A model generated the notes under the pieces. It did not search any database. It worked only from the letters and a program-made list of their open reading frames with translations, and had not been told where the DNA came from. A DNA stretch of 64,000 bases. It comes from Eledone cirrhosa (lineage: Eukaryota). Position 1 is the stretch's first letter, and each line of letters opens with the position of its first letter. The position numbers and the translations under genes were made by a program. Of this stretch, positions 42,083 through 56,653 are shown piece after piece. The DNA lies in assembly GCA_964016885.1 (NCBI GenBank), contig OZ024753.1, forward strand, positions 3,968,001 through 4,032,000, read 5' to 3'.

Positions 42083-42270
42083 GCGGTGGATTGGCAGTAT
42101 CGGTAGAGGGTTGGACGCCATGCTTTCTAGCATAGTTACGTCCCTTTACATTCTGAGTTCAAATCCCGCCGAGGTTAACTTTGCCTTTCATCCTTACGGG
42201 GTCGATAAAATAAAGTACCAGTAATGTACTGGTTAATTGCTGGCCTTGTGCCTAAAGTAGAAACAATTAT
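42083..42270 (+). mobile_element. Near-consensus SINE copy with Pol III A/B boxes
   Basis: gcggtggattggcagtatcgg...gagttcaaatcccgccgagg...gtagaaacaattat. Nearly identical to 23968-24114. Confidence 0.92.
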
Positions 42271-42739
42271 GTAAAATCTCCCCATTTTGGCTCATTTCTC
42301 CGCGTTTGGGGGCACTTTTGTTCATGGTGTTCCAAGTTTGAGTTATTGGATGGTTGCAGCTTTGGTATATTTAATATGCCCCGCAAAGTTGAACATCTAT
42401 TAAAAACAGTACGATTTGAACTAAGCAAAAAAGTATCACATTATTATATTTTGTCCTATGATATAAGATGCTGCAAATCCACTATCTAAAAGAACATCTG
42501 CCATCTATAAAATACTGAGAAACCAAATAGTTTTGAACATTATAAATATTATATTTACAGCTTTGATAAGAAATTGTTACAGTTGATTATATTATCATCA
42601 TTTATGTTCAGCGATGATAGATGATGGCTTTGGGCTCAAGGTTTATCAGTCTCTCCATAAAACTTTATCTAGCCTCTTAAACACGTGACTTAAAATATAT
42701 TTATCAAAACTTATTTTCATGATCTTACACGTACATCAC

Positions 42740-44261
<1,522 letters not shown>

Positions 44262-44263
<2 letters not shown>

Positions 44264-44455
44264 AAGGCGGGTAAAATTCCCGAGATCCATGGACGAGTTC
44301 TCTCCAGCGGTCTCTGTCCCACATTATCGCTGCCATGTCCTGCGTCTCCAACAGACCAGTGTCTGACCCTAGGGTATCAACATACGTTAACCTTGGTCTT
44401 CTTCTTCTAGTGTGTCCATGTAGAGGCTCCCAAAGGAGTACTGAGTGCAATATAA
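44262..44455 (-). mobile_element. 3'-end fragment of the same RTE family
   Basis: [54 protein letters not shown]. Matches about 39998-40183 and sits inside TA tracts. Confidence 0.9.
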
Positions 44456-44456
44456 G

Positions 44457-44528
<72 letters not shown>

Positions 44529-44612
44529 AAGTTTTATTTAAGTTGTTGGGTTAACAACGAGTAAATATTTATAACTGATATAAAAGCACTCAACAAGTAT
44601 TTGGAGTATATT

Positions 44613-44744
44613 TACGATATTAAATAAATGGAAACTATATTTATAAAACCATATTTATTTCATTATATATATTTCAGGGATATCAAAATATATATAATGA
44701 AATAAATATGGTTTTATAAATATAGTTTCCATTTATTTAATATC

Positions 44745-44747
<3 letters not shown>
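44613..44747. repeat. Perfect 62-bp inverted repeat with an 11-nt loop
   Basis: tacgatattaaataaatggaaac...tatatattt-cagggatatca-aaatatata...gtttccatttatttaatatcgta. Abuts (TA)n. Confidence 0.92.
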
Positions 44748-44782
<35 letters not shown>

Positions 44783-45137
44783 ACTTTATGTCTGTTTTTC
44801 TTTGATTTTGTTCCATGTGAGGGAAATTAGGACTGTGTACCAGATTCACTAATGCCTGGAGACCTGTAGTTATAATGTACGGCACTGTCGTTCAATATGT
44901 GGATAGAGTAACTGTGACACTAGAATCCCTCTCAGAACATATTACTTAAACATCTCTCTCCATATTATTTACTCACTTCAGTCTATATTTTTACTCACAA
45001 TCCGAATTATCACTTGAAAAAAAAAATGTTAATCCTTTTTTTAAATTCTTTAATTTCTAATTGTTAATTTCTTAATTGTTTAATTTATAATTTCTGATAT
45101 TTGATTTAGGATTTTAATTTTTATTTCCAACTCTCAC

Positions 45138-45337
45138 NNNNNNNNNNNNNNNNNNNNNNNNNNNNNNNNNNNNNNNNNNNNNNNNNNNNNNNNNNNNNNN
45201 NNNNNNNNNNNNNNNNNNNNNNNNNNNNNNNNNNNNNNNNNNNNNNNNNNNNNNNNNNNNNNNNNNNNNNNNNNNNNNNNNNNNNNNNNNNNNNNNNNNN
45301 NNNNNNNNNNNNNNNNNNNNNNNNNNNNNNNNNNNNN
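45138..45337. other. Assembly gap (200 N) followed by (GT)n
   Basis: N run. Confidence 1.
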
Positions 45338-45423
<86 letters not shown>

Positions 45424-46938
45424 ACAAGACATCTAAGCTCCTAGCGTGTTAGCCTGAAGAGACAGTACAAAAGTGTTTCGATATATTTTGTCATAGGCAT
45501 TCCGTAGATTACCTTACAAGTATTCGAACTCACCATTGCAAACTACTGAATTATTTGTCTATTTTATTGTGATACCACATTGAGCAATGTCCAGTTGTTC
45601 AGAACCCATTTTCATTCTGACTTGGTTTGCTAGACACTCTGGGTTTGATGTTGTGTGGTCTCATATCTGTGAATAGGCTTGTGTGAATGTATGTTCTTGT
45701 GTTTTAAGCGCGACTGTACGAATGACTTTCGTGTGTTTTAAGATAAATTAATAGCATATGTATTTTTATGGTTCACATGAATAAAACTTAAATGTTTTAT
45801 TGCGTGAGGAAATGAAATGTTTACTTTCATAATATTTACACGAATATGCATTGGAAATCATTAAGTGAAAGGATAGGCAATTTAATATATTATTCTAAAC
45901 TTCATAGGCCATTAATGTTGGATTTATGTTTATACTTACAAGGAAATTAAATATAATTTAATTAGATTACTTCAGTTTAATAGAAAAAATAATAATTGAG
46001 ACCCTGTTCGAGATTTATTTTGAAATATAAACATATAAAAATAGTATGTAAATTTGTCATTACTTTTATTTTATCTGCTGTTATTCCCATTTAGTTGAGA
46101 TTTACAATCGCACTTTTACTTTGACGGAAAAGAAAATGAATTAAGTTATATGGAATTATATTTCGAAGGTCTAATGAATATGTTTTTTAATATTTTAATC
46201 CATTGTTTTAAAATGGAAAACTTGATTTGAAATTCATAACAATAACAAGAATGAAAAGAACGAAAATGAATTTTTATTTACGTCAAAATTAATCTGATGT
46301 CGCGGTTAATACCTTTGTATAAAAAATGCTTCTTAATAAAAATCGTTAAAATAATTCTCGTGATTCATGTGAATTAAAAAGAAAATAAATAATTTCATAT
46401 TAAATGCTGTATTAGCTCATATCTATCGAATTATTTGTAATCTGAAAAGGAAAAGGAAATATTTAAAAGTTTAGAAATATGAATACAAAAATAAATGAGA
46501 AAACATTATATTTACATATTTTATCTGAAGTGGCAAAATTCATTTTAGAATTCTTATGAAAATATTTGATAATTAATATTTAAAACAAAACTACTTCAAT
46601 TTGGTGAATAAATTGAAAAGCAATAATTGTTTTTACTGTCATATATTGCCATGTTTATTAGCAAAGAACATTTAAAATAACATGGTTCAAGAGGAATTTA
46701 AACCCTTCATTGCATCTCTGGGAAGGACATTCATTTCAGCTTCTAAAGAACTGTGTAAAAGAGATTTCTTGAAGAAATGCATTTGTAAAATTCAGATCAG
46801 ATAAATACCTTAAACTCAGAAAAAGATTGTGTTGATTCAATGTAAACAAGTTAGTATGATATGCGAATGCATGACACTCCGAAACAATTGACAATTGTAA
46901 ATTGTCGTTTGTTTTCTCTCAGCTATCTTTGGAACAAA

Positions 46939-46998
46939 ATGATGACGTCATCATCTCCACCAGGGGGTGTTTATGAGACTGTTTAGTTGTAAACAAAC
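46939..46998. promoter_or_regulatory. Candidate regulatory motif cluster (palindromic CRE/ATF site, CTCF-like site, FOX-like site)
   Basis: atgatgacgtcatcat (16-bp palindrome containing TGACGTCA), followed directly by ctccaccagggggtg and then tgtaaaca. Motif match only. Confidence 0.3.
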
Positions 46999-47357
46999 CA
47001 AATATTAATAATGTTATGATGTTATTAGAATATTATCATTATTCATTCACGAATACACTTAGGTATCCACCACGTGAAGAGAGAAAAGATATATATATAT
47101 ATATATATAGATAGATAGATAGATAGATAAATATACACGGATGTGTATGATTGTGTATAGAAGATTATATTAATAAAAGGAATTCGAACTTTGTCTGATT
47201 TACTCGTTTTATTTACAATCCTTTAACATTTATAATGGTATTAGAATGAAATAGTATGGTAGAATATTAAATGTTAAGTGTTAATTGAACAAGTACTTTC
47301 ATGCTTTCGCAATCTTTAGGTTCATAATGTGAGGTGACAGTCAAGTTTGCAATTTTC

Positions 47358-47454
<97 letters not shown>

Positions 47455-47462
47455 TGTGTGTG

Positions 47463-47507
<45 letters not shown>

Positions 47508-47508
<1 letters not shown>

Positions 47509-47745
47509 TGAATTGTCGGAGTTGTTAGAACGTCAAGGTCGGATAGAATGATAGAATGCTTTATGGTATAAATTCCGACTCTCTGCTCCCTGCGTTCACA
47601 TCCCGCCGACGTCAACCATTGTCTTTCAGCCTTTCCAGGTCGATATAAAAAGTACCAGACTAGTACTGGAGTGGATTCTTCCTCTACATCTTGTTCTCAC
47701 TCCTCTCTCTCATTTTCTGTCTTTCTCTGGAAGAAATCTGCTTTA
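47508..47745 (+). mobile_element. SINE variant with CT-rich 3' extension
   Basis: SINE head plus a tail ending ctctggaagaaatct. The same tail follows the copy at 16282-16520. Confidence 0.75.
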
Positions 47746-47820
47746 CAGAAGTCTTAAAACGCACACGAAACGCCGTATGTCAATTCGCTGCCCTTACGAC
47801 TGTATCAGGAGTTATTGAAC

Positions 47821-47858
<38 letters not shown>

Positions 47859-48550
47859 CACCCATACACACCCACACATCCACACACACACACATCCACA
47901 CACACACATACATATATATATATTTATATAGGCGTTTGCCCCGGTGTTTGCATAGCTACGGCTTCCTAAATGTTTCCTGTAAACATACCGTATTTCTTTA
48001 GAAATACGAAATTACTATACACATCTGTATAAAGCTATGTTTGAAGCGAAATCCTATTTCTATATATATGTGCGCCATTCTATCTCTGCCTTAAAGACTT
48101 GGTATAATTATTTTAAAAACATCCAGAAATATGAATTTCAGGATCTTTATTGTGATGTTATCCTTACCATCATCTGTGTTGCAATTGGTCATTTTTAAAC
48201 ATAATTGTTTTCTTTGATATTCAGATGTGTAGCTATTTTTAGCTATATTACTTACATGATATCATCTGTTTTGTCTACAAGTTTTCTAACATTTGTATGT
48301 TTAGATTCAAACGATATTAAATCCGGAGAAATAATCACAATAATTCAATTGCGATGTCGTTCTGTTTCTATTGGTTAATCTCAATTTCACTGTGAAGTTT
48401 CAGATTCATTTGGGAGAAACAAACAGCAGTCGTAACATCAAGAATAACAATCACATCACTTGAAGCGCGGTTAATTATATAATTGATAAAAAATGTCTAT
48501 ATAATATATATATTATCATAATCATCATAATCAACCACTGGAGCAACAGA

Positions 48551-48662
48551 AGTAGTAGTAGCAGTAGTAAACTTACTATCAGTAGTAATGTAAATAGTAG
48601 TAGTAGTAATGTAGTTGTAGTAGTAGTAGTAGTAATAGTAGTATTAGTAGTAGTAGTAGTAT

Positions 48663-48718
<56 letters not shown>
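48551..48718. repeat. (AGT)n microsatellite
   Basis: Direct observation. Confidence 0.95.
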
Positions 48719-49354
48719 AGAGTGCTATAAATGAAATATATTACTGTTACTCAATGTCTAATCAGTTGCTTGCGTGCTAAATTATTATCAACCATTGTTA
48801 TAAAATATCTAAATCTATTTTAAATGAAATCATTTCCCAAAAGACAGTTAAAAGCAATTAAATACTATTTTATAGTATCAAATAGATTGAGAAATTTTTC
48901 TATGAATTTCACATCGCAATTAAAAAGCGATTGAAAATTCTAAACGCTTCCGATAAATCAGTTTATTCGATTAGAAAAAAGAAAGTTTTATCCAAAATTA
49001 TCCTGACATTTCAACGTTCCATCGTTTCTTCTCCTTTCATATTTGCCTTTTGTGTGAGAACACACACTCACATACACACACACACACACATACACACACA
49101 CACACATGCATATATATATATATCTTTTGTCGCATTACCAGTCTAAGGAACAGATCGATACTGGAGTCGGGTTCATAACTCCTTCGGGTTACCTTGAGCC
49201 AATCCTTTGCATAATGCACGTAACAGGTCGATACGCAATAAATATGTCTCGTATGTAACCGAAACTTCCTCGTTTTGTCCATTATATGCACTCTGCCTGT
49301 GCATAAAGTGCTTGATTTGGTACCGACACCAGTACTTCACTGTACTACCGACAC

Positions 49355-49386
<32 letters not shown>

Positions 49387-49388
49387 TA

Positions 49389-49583
49389 TGTGAAAAAACC
49401 CACAAACCCTCCATCTCAATTCTACTTTTGAAAAGCACAAGAACTACGAAACCGGTAAAGGAACCAAATATATATACTTAAAAAAAAGACTCCAGTTTTA
49501 TTTCCGATTTCAACTTTTTTCCTTATACATTCACTCGTGTAGGACACCTCGGATCTTTTTTCATTTTGTAAAAAAAACCTCAC

Positions 49584-49651
<68 letters not shown>

Positions 49652-49663
49652 GTGAGGTTTATA

Positions 49664-49716
<53 letters not shown>

Positions 49717-49726
49717 GTGAGGTTTA
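49389..49726 (+). mobile_element. Small TA-embedded element with degenerate hammerhead, short terminal direct repeat and fold-back ends
   Basis: tgtgaaaaaacc...tgtaaaaaaaacc direct repeat. Contains ctt-TTGAAAA-gcacaagaactac-GAAA-CCGG-TA-aag (49425-49460). Ends in aaacctcactttctaa-(TA)n-ttagaaagtgaggttt, with the inverted copy present twice. Confidence 0.45.
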
Positions 49727-49794
49727 TATATATATATATATAGATAGATATATGTACATACACACACATATATATATAAGTAAATATATATTAT

Positions 49795-49985
49795 ATATGA
49801 AAAGATTCAGGACCCCGACGGCCGAGCTCCGGCCGTTTCGACAGCTAGATCCGAACATTTTGTTGAGACGGCCGGAGATCACCCGTCGGGATCCTGAATC
49901 CTTTCATATTACCCACTCTACTATCCCAAGTATCGAATAATCTAGTGCGTTATGGACCACCTGGTATCTTACCAAACCCTTTTTG

Positions 49986-49987
<2 letters not shown>
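49795..49987. mobile_element. GC-rich hairpin element in (TA)n, family copy 1
   Basis: Imperfect fold-back 49795-49909. Shares ggaccccgacgg..gagctc..gccgtttcgac.gcta and gtgcgttatgg.ccacctggt...ttacca with 53447-53581. Confidence 0.8.
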
Positions 49988-50029
<42 letters not shown>

Positions 50030-51115
50030 TGACGATTGTCTTCGTATTATCTGGTACAACGACAACTTTTCAGGGCGAAACATATTAATATCTAATCTGC
50101 CCGGGAGATAATAATTATGGAAACTGTCAGTACATTTTAATATCTTGTATTTTCCTTTTGATTCAGAGTTTATATTCGTCAAACCAACCTGGTTTTACTT
50201 CACTCGTAATTCTAAACACACAATTTACTGTGTTTATTCCTTTATATATATAGAGAAATATGGTACCAGGAAGAACTAGGCAGGAAGAAGTTGTCAGAAG
50301 GAGAATGTTAGCTTATCTTCCCTTTAGAAAATATACGTTAATCATGGAGTAGGATTTAGAAAGTTGCTGTTTGGAGGCAGTTTCGTTATTCTCTTCAAAT
50401 GTTTGAATTCTGTTGATATTATCAATGTGGTCTGGGGTATAGTGAATCACTAATACTTACTTAAATTTTGATATTATTTCATTTTTGGACAACAATATAA
50501 ACGTGCAATTGCCTCTCACGCTTTCGTAGGAGGTTTTCCAGGCGTAGGTCAATGCATTTGTATTTACCTCATTTGTCATGTTGTTCCAGAATGATAAATG
50601 AGCATTAATATCAGCAAAACGTTCCTGCATCAATATTAGCTTATGGAGATGTAATCACCATGCTCACGAAACTAGGAGCATCTTGGTTCATCTCTGGGGA
50701 TAAATATTTGAAAGGTTTTCATCTTCCAGAAAAGTTCCATTTCATCTCCCTTAATGTTATTTTGGCAGTTAGAAAACTTCGCCCTATGGTGTATATAAGC
50801 TCAGTAATGTATAGAAGCTCAGTAAATTTCAGTAAATATATACCAGGAATGCATGTATACAATTCCGACAATTTCAGACAAACCAAAAGACCACTGACTC
50901 CAATATAAGAGACACCAAATGATAATGAAATTACAAATTCTGTCAGCCATAATGGAATCAAAATGAGGACCCTGGATACATATAATACAGCAACTGGTTG
51001 TTGGATAGTTTAAGACGCCATCAAATCGTTTAAATACAGCCGCACGAATACTAAATTGTTATCACAAACATAAGAATACCACAACATGATCTTAACTAAC
51101 CAATAACATTCGTTG

Positions 51116-51153
<38 letters not shown>

Positions 51154-51233
51154 TCCAGTCCCACAAACTGTAGAGTGCTTCTTATCCGATATCTGCATTG
51201 CTTTATTGTACTACAATAAAACTCACCTCCTAC

Positions 51234-51279
<46 letters not shown>

Positions 51280-51376
51280 CGTGTGTGTGTGTGTGTGCGT
51301 GTGTGTATGTGTGTGTTTATGTGTGTATTGTTGAGTGAATAATAATCATTAGATTAATAATTATTAATAATTATTA

Positions 51377-51540
51377 TTTTTCACAGATAATATTTATGGA
51401 TTATAATTGTCGGTAATCCCTTATATAGTTTGGTGTCGACATTTCACTTTTTAAATTATAATTTAAAAAGTGAAATGTAGAACACCAAACTATATAAGGG
51501 ATTAGCGATACTTATAATCCATAAATACTACCTGTAAAAA
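51377..51540. repeat. Loopless imperfect palindrome with 82-bp arms
   Basis: Centre TTA|TAA at 51458/51459. Arms tttttcacagataatatttatggattataa...cactttttaaa and tttaaaaagtg...ttataatccataaatactacctgtaaaaa. Confidence 0.9.
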
Positions 51541-52073
51541 ACGCTTTGGTGCAAGAACAACATGATTGTGGGTTATAAATCATTTGCTTTAGATATAGTG
51601 TATGAACTGTAGGTTAGTTTTGCCCTGAATAGACTAATGTACTATAGAACTCACGATGGTCTTGTATCTCCTCACATAACACGGTATAAACGTGTTATAT
51701 AAATTGGTGACAGTGTTTCTATGGGGTGGCATTCCAATAGATATCAAACTATAAGAAATAGAATCCCAGTTTAACGACGGTCACTCACATTTCCGTGTTC
51801 AATCAAATATCGTGAACATCTGGCGTCGAGATATTTTACTCTACCCTCGCCGACTCGTAGTTATCGTGTGTCAAATATAGAAACGAGCGGTAGGATAGAC
51901 ACGTTTATGATCGTTGGAATGGGAATTGAATTTGAACTGAACCATATATAATAATCAGCAGCTCGCTAAATACTAGTTCTTAGATTTCATTGCCACAGAT
52001 ATACGATATTTTAATTAATTAATAAATAAATAAAAGTTAGACTCACGTTAATGAATTTACTATCGTGTCATTC

Positions 52074-52151
<78 letters not shown>

Positions 52152-53196
52152 GGATGTGTGTTTTGTGTGTGTATGTGTGTGATAAACAGTAACTTTATTA
52201 GACTGAATTCATTAGTCATTTTTACAATGTGATTTTTATATATTTTCTGATTGATACATAATCAACTACAGATGCCATTTTGAAAGTCTTCTAATGAAAT
52301 ATGGTGCGACAATTATTCTAGACTAATTCACAGAACAGACATTTTAAGATCCAGTATTCATTACTTCATTTGATGAAGAAACGTTGATGTAATTGTCGTA
52401 AAATGATACATGTTACGTTAATTAGAATGGTTGTCGTAAAACCAGAATTTCTACATTGAATTGCTTTTAACATACCTATCACATTGTGGATGTAAATATC
52501 AGGTTACATAATAAAAGTCAAGTGGGTTGTTTATGTTCCAAGCAAAGAATATACAAAATCAAATATATATAATGGATAGAGCAAAATAGAAAGATAGGAC
52601 TCGTTAAAATATTTTATTTCTCTTCGCTATCTCAAAATGGCGACGCAACGTCGAAACTGATTGAATGGAATCACGTATTGGCTATAAAGAGGTGGATTTT
52701 TAAAAAACGCACCTCCCATAACGATTTTGCAATAAAAGTGGAAGGAATTATATACTTATTTGGATATACATATATATTATAGACCCATAATTTCTGATGG
52801 AATTGTAAGGTCAGCGTGTTGACTTGCAGCATATCTAAATACACTTCTTTCCAAATATAAACCATGGTGACTTAATACAGAAGTGGGGAGAAAGATATAT
52901 ACAGAGAGGGAGAGAGAGAGAGAGACAGAGAGGAGAGAGAGAGATAGAGAGAGAGAGAAATTGGGAGTGAGAGTGAGAGAGAGAAAATGATTGAAGGGAT
53001 AAATCGAACCCAGTAGAGAAATGATAATGTTTTATCGACCCACAGGATGAATGGAAAAATTGGCCTAGTTCAGAAAAAAAAATTCTATAATTTCACTTAG
53101 ACAAATGATTGCTAAATACTGATAGAATGGCACAAGCAAATGGCACGGATCATATATGTACGTATATATATATATACATATATACATATATACATA

Positions 53197-53294
53197 TATG
53201 AAGAGTCGGGACCTGACGGGTGAGTACTTGTCGTTTTGAAAGCTAGTTCCAATCTCTTGAGTAATGGACTAACTAGTTTCAAACTGGTTCTATC

Positions 53295-53297
<3 letters not shown>
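53197..53297. mobile_element. Degenerate third copy of the hairpin element family
   Basis: atatgaagagtcgggacctgacgggtgagtacttgtcgttttgaaagctag aligns with the starts of 49795 and 53447. Flanked by TA tracts. Confidence 0.6.
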
Positions 53298-53387
<90 letters not shown>

Positions 53388-53407
53388 ATATATATATATA
53401 TATCAAT

Positions 53408-53446
<39 letters not shown>

Positions 53447-53450
<4 letters not shown>

Positions 53451-53579
53451 CGAGTAGGACCCCGACGGCTGAGCTCAAGCCGTTTCGACGGCTAATTCTG
53501 GACTCAGAATTAGCCGTCGTAACGGCTTGAGTACTTTGGTGCGTTATGGTCCACCTGGTTCCTTACCACATTTCCTTCG

Positions 53580-53581
<2 letters not shown>
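53447..53581. mobile_element. GC-rich hairpin element in (TA)n, family copy 2
   Basis: 27-bp stem 53474-53500 / 53505-53531 (one mismatch, GACT loop). Flanked by long TA tracts on both sides. Confidence 0.82.
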
Positions 53582-53639
<58 letters not shown>

Positions 53640-53640
53640 C

Positions 53641-53711
<71 letters not shown>

Positions 53712-54382
53712 TGAGAGAGTGAGAGAGAGAGAGAAAGGGAGACAGACAGACAGAAACAGATGGAGAGATATATAAAATTAGCGTGTACACTTACTCAACG
53801 GAGATATTGATAGAACCTTATGTTGGTAGTCAGGTAAGTAGGTATTGAGTCAGTAAGCTGACATTTGATAACAATGTTTTCGGATTCTATATATGTTTTA
53901 TTCATACAATTCTAAGTATATATTGAAATATCTTTCTGAATGGAAACCTTCTTTGACACTTTAAAAGTAATGTCATACGAATATGCGTGACGTGTTTTTT
54001 TATTCGTATTTCTAGATTAAAAATATTTTCAAAATATGAATTTAAATCCGTTTCCTTCTCTCACACACATCAACATACACCAACATACATTCACACACAG
54101 ACATATTATATATATTCTGGTTTCCGAGACGTAGTGACGGAGGTTTTATTACAAATTATATATATATATATTTACATATGAAATTGTGTATACAATTTCA
54201 AATATTTGTAACCTACAATTCATTCTCTAGTAGAATGAAAACTTCAGCGTTTTTTCTTATTTTATACGTGAGCTTATATGATTACATCATTCGGTTAATG
54301 CAATGTATTACATAATATTTCGCAGAATTGTCATACCATCTGATCTAACATTCTATATATTTATATCGTAGATACTGTTGCT

Positions 54383-54464
<82 letters not shown>

Positions 54465-54650
54465 TGTGTGTGAGTGTGTGTGTATGTGTGAGTGTGTGCG
54501 TGTATAAAGTGCCATTTGATTAGTAATACTAATTACTGAAACCTTTGGTAATGGAATAGTTACATATTGTGTTGTTCACTTCCTAATTAAATATCTTTGT
54601 TCTATACATAAAGCTCTCTTTTCTCCTTTGCTTTTCTTCGGATTTACCTA

Positions 54651-54686
<36 letters not shown>

Positions 54687-54691
54687 ACACA

Positions 54692-54778
<87 letters not shown>

Positions 54779-55197
54779 ACACGCACACACATATATATAT
54801 ATAATCTAGAATTAAGCTCCCAAATTATAATCCTACATTGTATATGTCAGTTCGGTTACGGTTAAAACGTGTGAGACACTGAATTATATTAAACAATACT
54901 AACTACATCGGGGTGAAACGGTCTATTTCCCAGCCTAACATAGACGTTTAAATTGATTTGTAGAAAACAAAATATGTTTAATGATCCGATGTTTTACAAT
55001 GGGCAACTTCACATTTTAAACCATCTGATAATTAAAGAATAACAACTATAAAATCATTGCCATCATTTTCAAACATACAAACACACATACACATACATAC
55101 ATTCATTCATACATACATACATACATACATACATACATACATACATACATACATACATACATACATACATACATACATACATACATACATACATACA

Positions 55198-55540
55198 TGA
55201 TGGCTCCCCACCTCGTTATCGGGTATGCTCATTGCACGATATACCATTATTAATAATTATTAATTAATTCTATCGCCAATGCCCGTGCGTGAAGATATTT
55301 TTAAAGTGAGGAACCACTATGCACTGAGCCAATCTCAATCTCTGAAGGACAGTAGCTATAATCCAAAAAGAAGAAAAGATCAACATGATCGGTTACTACT
55401 GAGCCGCGGGTTTTATGACGGAATTATCACAGTTTCCTCAGTTGCATTCTCCTAGAAGAATGCCCTTACAAGTGCTAGGTGTCCTTCATTCCAAGTGGTT
55501 TAACCGCGCGATCGGGTATCCAGCCCGACTATTTCTACAT
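55198..55540. mobile_element. Interspersed repeat embedded in (CATA)n, copy 2
   Basis: Colinear homology with 6101-6505. Preceded by a ~100-bp (ACAT)n tract. Confidence 0.6.
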
Positions 55541-56007
55541 GCATACATACATACATGCATACATACATACATACACACATAAATACATACATATATACAT
55601 GTATATATATACACTCACACACGCACAAAAATACGCACACATACAATCACGCTCCCCAAATATATATATATATATATTTATATAAAATATCTATAAAATA
55701 TATTAAAAAATAAATAAGTAAAATGATGTGATTCCTTCTAAACTCATTTATATATATTTGGTGTATATATTTATAAATATCTCTAAAGTAAGTCTACAAT
55801 AATTTTTCACCCTATAATAACAAACCCCAAAACAATATAAATAAGGATTTTTTAAAAATTTATCAAGCATCTAAATTTAACGGCTTTTTTCAGGTTTAAC
55901 ATATACGTTAACATATATCCCTTGAGTTTTGAATTTTTCAATCACTATCTTCATTGGGCTTATACCATTAAGTTCACATGAACATATCTCACTATCTTAA
56001 CACCAAA

Positions 56008-56059
56008 TATTATATTTTATCTGACGAAAGCGTACTTAAATATTAGTATAAATATAATA
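56008..56059 (+). ncRNA. Degenerate type I hammerhead ribozyme
   Basis: tattatattttat-CTGACGA-AAG-cgta-CTT-(g)AAA-tattagt-ataaatataata. Stems I and II are present, but the G of GAAA is missing. Confidence 0.45.
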
Positions 56060-56104
56060 AAATATATAGAGTTTTATAAAGATATTTTCCATTTATTAAT
56101 ATAC

Positions 56105-56183
<79 letters not shown>

Positions 56184-56186
<3 letters not shown>

Positions 56187-56653
56187 ATTCAGCCACCATG
56201 TAGAGCGAAAATGTTCTCTTTTATTTGAATTTGGCAAAGTCGCCCATTTATCGCTCGTATACAGGAAACTGACTGGCCAGACTGATGATATGCAAATTTG
56301 GCTGATCAGTAGATCTGCTAAGATGCAGATCTGACTGATCAGCCAGTCTGCTAATATGAAAATCAGGCTATCAGTGACTGTGTATGTTTGAAAATAGCAT
56401 ATATTTTCACTAGCTCTGACAGTTTGGCAGGGGAACAGTGAACTGTACTGATGAAGGGTGATACGCAGAAATATTAGTGTCTGCAGTTCTGTTCACATGC
56501 CAACGCAAGAGCAAGAATGAAGGGTTCATTCTACTAACATGGCTATAAAAGTGAGGCTTGTTTGCATAATTGCAAACGAATCGAATGTTATTATTAATAT
56601 TCGAAAAACTCAGATTACATTTATTGTATTCAGCCATCTAGAGCGAACATTTT

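Noticed and set aside
50560-50975. Possible minus-strand exon ending GAG|gtaaat
   Set aside because: Upstream in-frame stops and no recognisable domain.
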